Source: Peptococcaceae bacterium (lineage in GTDB: Bacteria; Bacillota; Desulfitobacteriia; Desulfitobacteriales; Desulfitobacteriaceae). Taken from it: a stretch of 58,452 bases of DNA. The stretch lies in the NCBI GenBank assembly GCA_031289815.1, contig JAITOS010000043.1:1-58452 (forward strand). Direction: 5' to 3'. This document shows, piece after piece, positions 53,143-58,452 of this stretch. The translations under genes and the position numbers were made by a program. The first letter of the stretch is position 1. Every line of letters starts with the position of its first letter. Below the pieces are notes generated by a model. It was not told where the DNA came from and did not search any database. It saw only the letters and a list, made by a program, of their open reading frames with translations.

Positions 53143-54213
53143 TCACCCCACTTTTTCCAAATCGCTCTCCAATTTTCTGCATTCATCCTGTATTTCCAGA
53201 AAAACCTCCACGATATTCGGGTCGAATTGCGTCCCGGCCCCTTCTTCGATAATGGCCACCGCTTTTTCATGAGGAACCGAGGCTTTATAACAGCGTTCTG
53301 AAACCAAAGCGTCATACACGTCCAGCACCGACAAAACGCGGGCGGCCAACGGAATATCCGTGCCGCTCAACCCATCCGGATAGCCCTTGCCGTCCCACCG
53401 TTCATGGTGAAAGCGGCAGATCTCCCTACAGTGCCGCAGATACATCTCGTCATCCGACATATTTGAAGAAATGCTGGCGATAATGTCAGCGCCAATCACC
53501 GTATGCGTCTTGATCACCTCAAATTCTTCCGCCGTCAAGCGTCCGGGCTTGAGCAGAATATTATCCGGGATCGCGACTTTTCCTATGTCATGCATGACGA
53601 CCGCCTTGATCATCGCGCCGTAGTTAGAATCGATCAGTTCCTGATGAAACATCGGCTTGGCGAGCATCCGGGCGATCAATATCCGCATCAGATCACCCGT
53701 CCGCCGGATATGCGTTCCCGATTCCAGGCTGCGGTATTCGATAATCGCCGCCATCGTTTCCAGCATCTGCGTATGTACTTTCATCAGATCCGCCGTCTTC
53801 TTCTCCACCAGGGTTTCCAACTCCGTGCGATACCGTTTCAATTGAATATGGTTATCTACCCGGGCCTTGACCACATCCGGATCAAAGGGTTTGGAAATAT
53901 AATCTACCGCGCCTTCCTTCAGACCGCGGGATTCATGCATATTCGCGTCGGCAGCCGTGATAAAGAGAACCGGAATCTTTTCGGTTAACGGATTCGCCTT
54001 AATAATCTCCAGCACCTCAAAACCGTCCATCCCCGGCATCATGATATCCAAAAGCACCGCCTGGGGCAAACAATCGGTTTGATAGAGACACTCTACCGCC
54101 GCAAAACCATCCGCCGCTTCCAGAATCTCATAATCATTCCCCAGAATCTCACGAAGGATTACACGATTAATTTCTATATCGTCTACAATCAATATGCTGT
54201 CTTTTTCCTCCAT
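53143..54213 (-). CDS. Response regulator with an HD-GYP c-di-GMP phosphodiesterase output (RpfG-like)
   Basis: Start set at MEEKDS (gaggagg upstream). REC motifs ILIVDD and LDIMMPGMDG. HD-GYP motifs HDIGKV and HHERWDGKGYPDGL. Confidence 0.9.
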   Translation of the reverse strand: MEEKDSILIVDDIEINRVILREILGNDYEILEAADGFAAVECLYQTDCLPQAVLLDIMMPGMDGFEVLEIIKANPLTEKIPVLFITAADANMHESRGLKEGAVDYISKPFDPDVVKARVDNHIQLKRYRTELETLVEKKTADLMKVHTQMLETMAAIIEYRSLESGTHIRRTGDLMRILIARMLAKPMFHQELIDSNYGAMIKAVVMHDIGKVAIPDNILLKPGRLTAEEFEVIKTHTVIGADIIASISSNMSDDEMYLRHCREICRFHHERWDGKGYPDGLSGTDIPLAARVLSVLDVYDALVSERCYKASVPHEKAVAIIEEGAGTQFDPNIVEVFLEIQDECRKLESDLEKVG

Positions 54214-54238
54214 CGGCATCCTCCTCAATTCAAGCAGA

Positions 54239-56719
54239 TCACAAACTCTCGGTCAAGATCTTGATATATTTCACCGTCTGATCCATCACGCCTTCCAGCT
54301 TCTCGAAACTTTCCTGATAGTCGAAACCACTTTTCAGCTGCGCTTCCAGCAGGGTGATCACCGAGTAGATCTCGCCCAGCGACAGATTCGCCGCCATTCC
54401 TTTAATCGCGTGCGCAGTCTTCGCCGCTTCCTCCAGGTTTTTCGCTTCGATCTGCGTACAGAGCTGCTCCCAGTATGGGCTTTTCAAAAAGGCATTTAAC
54501 AGCGTCTTATAAATCGTTTTATTGCCCTTCAACCGGGCCAGAGCTTCCTCCACCTGAATATAGTTCTCCAAAGCCGCCATTTCCATATCGCCAACTACCT
54601 CCCGCATAGGCTTTACCGCCTCTTGTTTTAAAGGCATCGGGGCCTCTTCATATTGGGTCAAATAATATCTCAATTTGGCAAAAAGCTGCTCCACTTGTAT
54701 CGGTTTTGCCAAATGATCATTCATGCCGTTTCGCAGACACTTGTCGATATCTTCAACAAACACATTCGCCGTCATCGCAATGATCGGAACCTCCGGCGCT
54801 TTCGGCAAATCCAAATCGCGGATGCCGCGCGTCGCCTCGTAGCCGTTCATTTCCGGCATATGGATATCCATCAGGATCAAATCATATTTTTGCGGATTCT
54901 TCTTAAACATTTCCAAAGCGACGCGCCCATTCTCCGCGTGATCGATCTGCACCCCGGTATCCGTGAGATAGCGTTCGAGGATGATTCTATGGATCTCTAT
55001 ATCCTCGGCCAGCAGAATCGTATACCCCGCAAAGGAATGTCGGCGGCTGATCATCAGGCCTTCGTCCTTTGGCGGCGCGCCGACAATCGCCTGGATGGTA
55101 TCCAATAAAATGGAAGCAAACAAGGGTTTGGCGATCACAGCGGTCGCACCGGCGGCAATCACTTGATTCTCCGCTTCATTCCATTCCCAGCCGGAGAGTA
55201 CCACGACGACCGGCGTGTCAAATTCCTCCTTGATCCGCCGCACCCCGGCCAAGCCGTCATCCAGCCTTTGCCAGCTCACAAACATCAGATCATACGGCTC
55301 TTTCTTCTGACAGGCGTCGCGCAGCAGCGAAAGTCCTTCTTCATCCGTGGCGGCGATCCGCGTCTCCATCCCGAATTCCTTCATAATCCTGGAAACGTAC
55401 CCTCTCGTTTCTTCATCCTCATCGATCAGAAGTACGCGTAAATGACTCATATTCAGTTTTTCATCGAAGCGCGGCTTGCCGCTCTCCTCTATTTCCAGGC
55501 GAACCGTGAATCTAAAGACGCTGCCCTCGCCCTCACGGCTTTGGACTGTGATATCGCCGCCCATCAAGGCCACGATATTCTTGCAGATCACCAGCCCCAT
55601 CCCTGTCCCGCCGTACTTGCGCGCAATCCCGCCATCCACCTGCTCCAGCGCTGTAAATAACAAGGTCTGACTCTGTGCGGGAATCCCCACGCCCGTATCC
55701 GAGACGGATACTTCCAGGGTAGAAATATTTTCTTCCCGGCTCTTTTCCTGGATATCCAAGCGGATCTTCCCACATTCCGGCGTAAATTTCACCGCGTTCG
55801 AGAGCAAATTATTGATGACCTGAGAAAGGCGGAACTCATCGCCGCGATAATAGCGCGGCGCCTTCATATCCATGAAGATATGCAGCTTTTGCTGTTTTTC
55901 GCTTGCCGGTATGGCGATCCCATTGGAGATGTTGATCAGCATTCGCTCAAAATCAAAAGGCTCCACGCACAAGAGCATCGTATTAGCTTTGATTTTCGAC
56001 ATGTCCAAAATATGGTTAATCACAACAGACAATTGCCTGGAAGACATATCGATCTTTTCTACGCATTGCTTGACCTTATCCAATTGATCCGCTGTTTTGG
56101 CAATCCGCGCCATCCCGATAATCGCGTTGATCGGCGTCCGGATTTCATGGCTCATCCGGGAAAGGAAATCATTCTTCGCCTGATTCGCGTTGTCTAATTC
56201 CGCCTTGACCTCCGTCAGTCTTGCGCGGATCTCCTCCGTCCGGGAGCGATAGACCGAAGCGTTATAAAAGATCACAGCCAGCATCGCGGCCAGCTCTCGC
56301 AGGCCATTCTCCCGTTCCGGGGTCCAGACCGCCGTTTCTCCGCAATCAGCGTACAGCGCCCCATACGTCTCGCCTTCAAACGTAATCGCCATCCAGACCG
56401 GCTGCTTGAAGCCAAAACGCGCCTGTCCCTCTTCTGCATCAGCCTCTCCTTGCAGTATGCCGCGGGCAAAAGAGATTATTTCCTCTTGTTCCTGTTCATT
56501 CCAAGCATCGCCTTCCCCGCTTTTTGCGCTATACACCTGGGCTCTCAAGCCAGGAACGAATGAGACAACCCCCGCTTTCGCCGCCGCCAGCCTTGTGGTG
56601 ATCATGCCCAAGAACTCATGGATTTTTTCTTCCATGTCTCCATCCAAAGCAAACAGCCGCTGCCATTGCCGCACCATACAGCCACCGCCTTGATCTCCCT
56701 GGCGCTCTTCAGAACGCAT
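54239..56719 (-). CDS. Soluble hybrid sensor histidine kinase (GAF-like N-terminus, HisKA, HATPase_c, pseudo-receiver, REC, HPt)
   Basis: 826 aa with no obvious TM segment. H-box SHEIRTPINAI; GTGMGL. The first receiver has Ser at the acceptor position (YDLMFVSW), the second is canonical (YDLILMDIHMPEMNG). C-terminal HPt AHAIKGMAANL. gaggtga RBS. Confidence 0.9.
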   Translation of the reverse strand: MRSEERQGDQGGGCMVRQWQRLFALDGDMEEKIHEFLGMITTRLAAAKAGVVSFVPGLRAQVYSAKSGEGDAWNEQEQEEIISFARGILQGEADAEEGQARFGFKQPVWMAITFEGETYGALYADCGETAVWTPERENGLRELAAMLAVIFYNASVYRSRTEEIRARLTEVKAELDNANQAKNDFLSRMSHEIRTPINAIIGMARIAKTADQLDKVKQCVEKIDMSSRQLSVVINHILDMSKIKANTMLLCVEPFDFERMLINISNGIAIPASEKQQKLHIFMDMKAPRYYRGDEFRLSQVINNLLSNAVKFTPECGKIRLDIQEKSREENISTLEVSVSDTGVGIPAQSQTLLFTALEQVDGGIARKYGGTGMGLVICKNIVALMGGDITVQSREGEGSVFRFTVRLEIEESGKPRFDEKLNMSHLRVLLIDEDEETRGYVSRIMKEFGMETRIAATDEEGLSLLRDACQKKEPYDLMFVSWQRLDDGLAGVRRIKEEFDTPVVVVLSGWEWNEAENQVIAAGATAVIAKPLFASILLDTIQAIVGAPPKDEGLMISRRHSFAGYTILLAEDIEIHRIILERYLTDTGVQIDHAENGRVALEMFKKNPQKYDLILMDIHMPEMNGYEATRGIRDLDLPKAPEVPIIAMTANVFVEDIDKCLRNGMNDHLAKPIQVEQLFAKLRYYLTQYEEAPMPLKQEAVKPMREVVGDMEMAALENYIQVEEALARLKGNKTIYKTLLNAFLKSPYWEQLCTQIEAKNLEEAAKTAHAIKGMAANLSLGEIYSVITLLEAQLKSGFDYQESFEKLEGVMDQTVKYIKILTESL

Positions 56720-56925
56720 CCCGTCACCTCGATTTAATCCATCTGCCGCCTTATTATGCCCTTATTCTTATTTTAGCAGGAAAATGCGCCAAATAAAACC
56801 TCTACCTCCATCAAAAATCATCTATTTTTCGATAAATTTCGATCTTATTCAGCAAAACTCTCTGCAAAACAGATTTCCGCCAAATAAGATCCATCCACTT
56901 TCATCCTTATTCCAGTTTTTAGACG

Positions 56926-57255
56926 TCAAGGCTCTCCTTGCCGCCGGTTTTCCGGAGCGGGCGCGCTGCGGTACGCTTCCGCTACCTGGTGCTGACGCTT
57001 CGCGTGATTGACCTTGCCCTGAAACTGCCGCTGAAGCCGGTCGGTATCCTCCCGGATCTCCAGCAGCACGCCCCGCCCCGCCTCTGAGCTTATATACCCT
57101 TCGTCCGGCGTCTGTTCGATGGTCGCTTGCAGCTGCTCGCGCTGACTCAGCAGGCTGTAAAAAAGCTCCGTATCCTTCTCCACAAACTTCAGCATTTCTT
57201 TGGTCAAAAACCGGTACTCCTGCCACAGGGCCGACGCCGCCTCGCCCGCCGTCAC
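56926..57255 (-). CDS. Putative FliT-like flagellar chaperone
   Basis: 109 aa, predicted helical. GTG start overlaps the fliS stop as GTGA. The call rests only on size and the fliD-fliS-fliT position known from Bacillus. Confidence 0.4.
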   Translation of the reverse strand: MTAGEAASALWQEYRFLTKEMLKFVEKDTELFYSLLSQREQLQATIEQTPDEGYISSEAGRGVLLEIREDTDRLQRQFQGKVNHAKRQHQVAEAYRSAPAPENRRQGEP

Positions 57256-57674
57256 TTTACGCCCAGAATCGGCTGGTCGGGATCAAGCGGCGTCTCCGCC
57301 AGCTTTTTCTTGATCGCCAGCTCCCAGGTATCCCGCATTTCTTGCAGGATATCCCTGGCTTCATACAGCTTTTGCGCGTCTTTTTTGATATTGCCCTGGA
57401 TCAGACAGTACTCCGTGTACTCGTACAGCTTGGCCCACTGATGGGAAAGCTCAATGCTCATATCCAGCGTGCGCACGAATTCCTTGATGATATCCTGAAC
57501 GCGCAGATTCGCCAGATGCGATTTCTCTATTTCTTCCCGCTCCAGCGCCTGTACGCTCTCATTGAGAAAACGCAAGGCCCCGTTATACAGCATCAGGGTC
57601 AGCTGTTCCGGCACGGATAGCATGACCTGTTGATTCTTGTAAATATTGACCGCCTGTGTGCTAACCATATACAT
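57252..57674 (-). CDS. fliS: Flagellin-specific chaperone FliS
   Basis: 140 aa. Y....V...P.QL.LMLY.GA.RF and I..L...LD......L...L..LY.Y are typical FliS. Confidence 0.9.
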   Translation of the reverse strand: MYMVSTQAVNIYKNQQVMLSVPEQLTLMLYNGALRFLNESVQALEREEIEKSHLANLRVQDIIKEFVRTLDMSIELSHQWAKLYEYTEYCLIQGNIKKDAQKLYEARDILQEMRDTWELAIKKKLAETPLDPDQPILGVK

Positions 57675-57786
57675 CCTCCCCGCGTCGTTACGCCGCGATC
57701 ATTTTTCGCGCCGCCGCGCTGTTTTTCCGCTTTCATTTTTGGTTCCCCGCCGGTAGACCCGTCCTCCCGGGCGCGCTGGCGGCGCG

Positions 57787-58452
57787 CTATTCCGTGACAA
57801 ACAGGGAAGAAATCCAACTGCTTTGGGCGCTGAGCGACTGCAAAGCCACCTCCATAGCGTTAAAGCGCGTATAATACTGGGTCTGCAAGGTCGAGAAGCG
57901 GGTCGTCGCCTGCGTGATCCGATCCGTATAGCTCGTAATCGTCAGAGCCAAGCTGCTCTTCAGATCGGCGGTGGCGGTCGCCGGCGTCCCCGCGATACTC
58001 TCGATCCGGGTCATCATAGAGGCCAGCCCTTCGTACATGCGGGTGGCAATGCCCTTCTGGGTATCGCCGTCGTCCAGGCTGAACAGCTCGTTCAGGACGC
58101 CGGGATCCGCCGTCAGGGCGTTGGTCAGGCGGGTGGTGTCCAGATAGAGCTTGCCGCCCTCCTGATACGCTCCGGTCGTGATTCCGATGGAGGCGGCGGT
58201 GTTATATATCCCCTTCGCCCCGTTGACGGGATAGGAGATCGCGTTGCGCATGGCCGTCACCAGCGCGGTGATGGTACTGTCGTTGCGGAGCAGACCGCTC
58301 TGCGCCTTCGCCGTCCACATCAGAGTCTCCGAATCCGTCATATTCAGATCCGCCTTTTGGGTATCGGTCAGGGGCAGATAGTCCTTGTAGCGCGTTTCCG
58401 TTAATTTGCCGTTCAGGGTTGCCAGCAGCTCATTATAGGTATCCACCAGCTT
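57787..58452 (-). CDS. fliD: Flagellar filament cap protein FliD (C-terminal part; 5' end lies outside the window)
   Basis: The ORF is open to the window edge. C-terminal FliD motifs (GLLRNDSTI..L...R.A, RF..LQTQYYTRFNAME.AL..L..QSSW). Confidence 0.85.
   Translation of the reverse strand, partial: KLVDTYNELLATLNGKLTETRYKDYLPLTDTQKADLNMTDSETLMWTAKAQSGLLRNDSTITALVTAMRNAISYPVNGAKGIYNTAASIGITTGAYQEGGKLYLDTTRLTNALTADPGVLNELFSLDDGDTQKGIATRMYEGLASMMTRIESIAGTPATATADLKSSLALTITSYTDRITQATTRFSTLQTQYYTRFNAMEVALQSLSAQSSWISSLFVTE

Overview
58.5-kb window from a flagellated Firmicute (Clostridia/Negativicutes-like gene content). Almost every gene is on the minus strand. All protein calls come from motifs I recognise in the supplied translations; no database search was possible. 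There are three blocks. (1) 1-6.4 kb: the rpmG-secE-nusG-rplK-rplA-rplJ-rplL ribosomal/transcription cluster with an L10 leader. Where rpoB would be expected after rplL there is instead a glutamate-synthase-related gene, bracketed by two copies of a structured ~105-nt inverted-repeat element set in degenerate C-rich ~40-nt tandem units. (2) 6.4-22.4 kb: mixed housekeeping and accessory genes. These include a GH2-like ectodomain fused to a polytopic membrane domain, PerR with a near-consensus PerR box, an unlisted 57-aa 2x[4Fe-4S] ferredoxin and an orphan PDZ-polytopic-HisKA_3 kinase. They also include RidA, a PHP phosphatase, GNAT, a Na/Pi transporter, a phosphodiester glycosidase, a polysaccharide deacetylase, FapA/DUF342 and MecA. 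A 712-nt gene-free structured spacer and further fragments of the repeat family lie here too, including an ATCACCWGGTGAT palindrome block. (3) 22.5-58.4 kb: a large flagellar/chemotaxis regulon with an atypical order. It starts with fliD-fliS-fliT-like, then a hybrid kinase plus REC-HD-GYP. The main run is cheA-cheW-cheB-flgC-fliE-F-G-H-I-J-flbD-fliL-M-Y-cheY-fliO-P-Q-R-flhB-A-F-G-pilZ-cheC-cheD-orf-sigD. A sigma-28-type promoter then precedes fliK-flgD-flgE-rod-flgB-rod-lytic transglycosylase. No cas genes, CRISPR array, tRNA, rRNA, transposase or phage genes were recognised. The most unusual signals are the non-coding repeat family and the rewired flagellar/c-di-GMP arrangement, not a clear new protein system.
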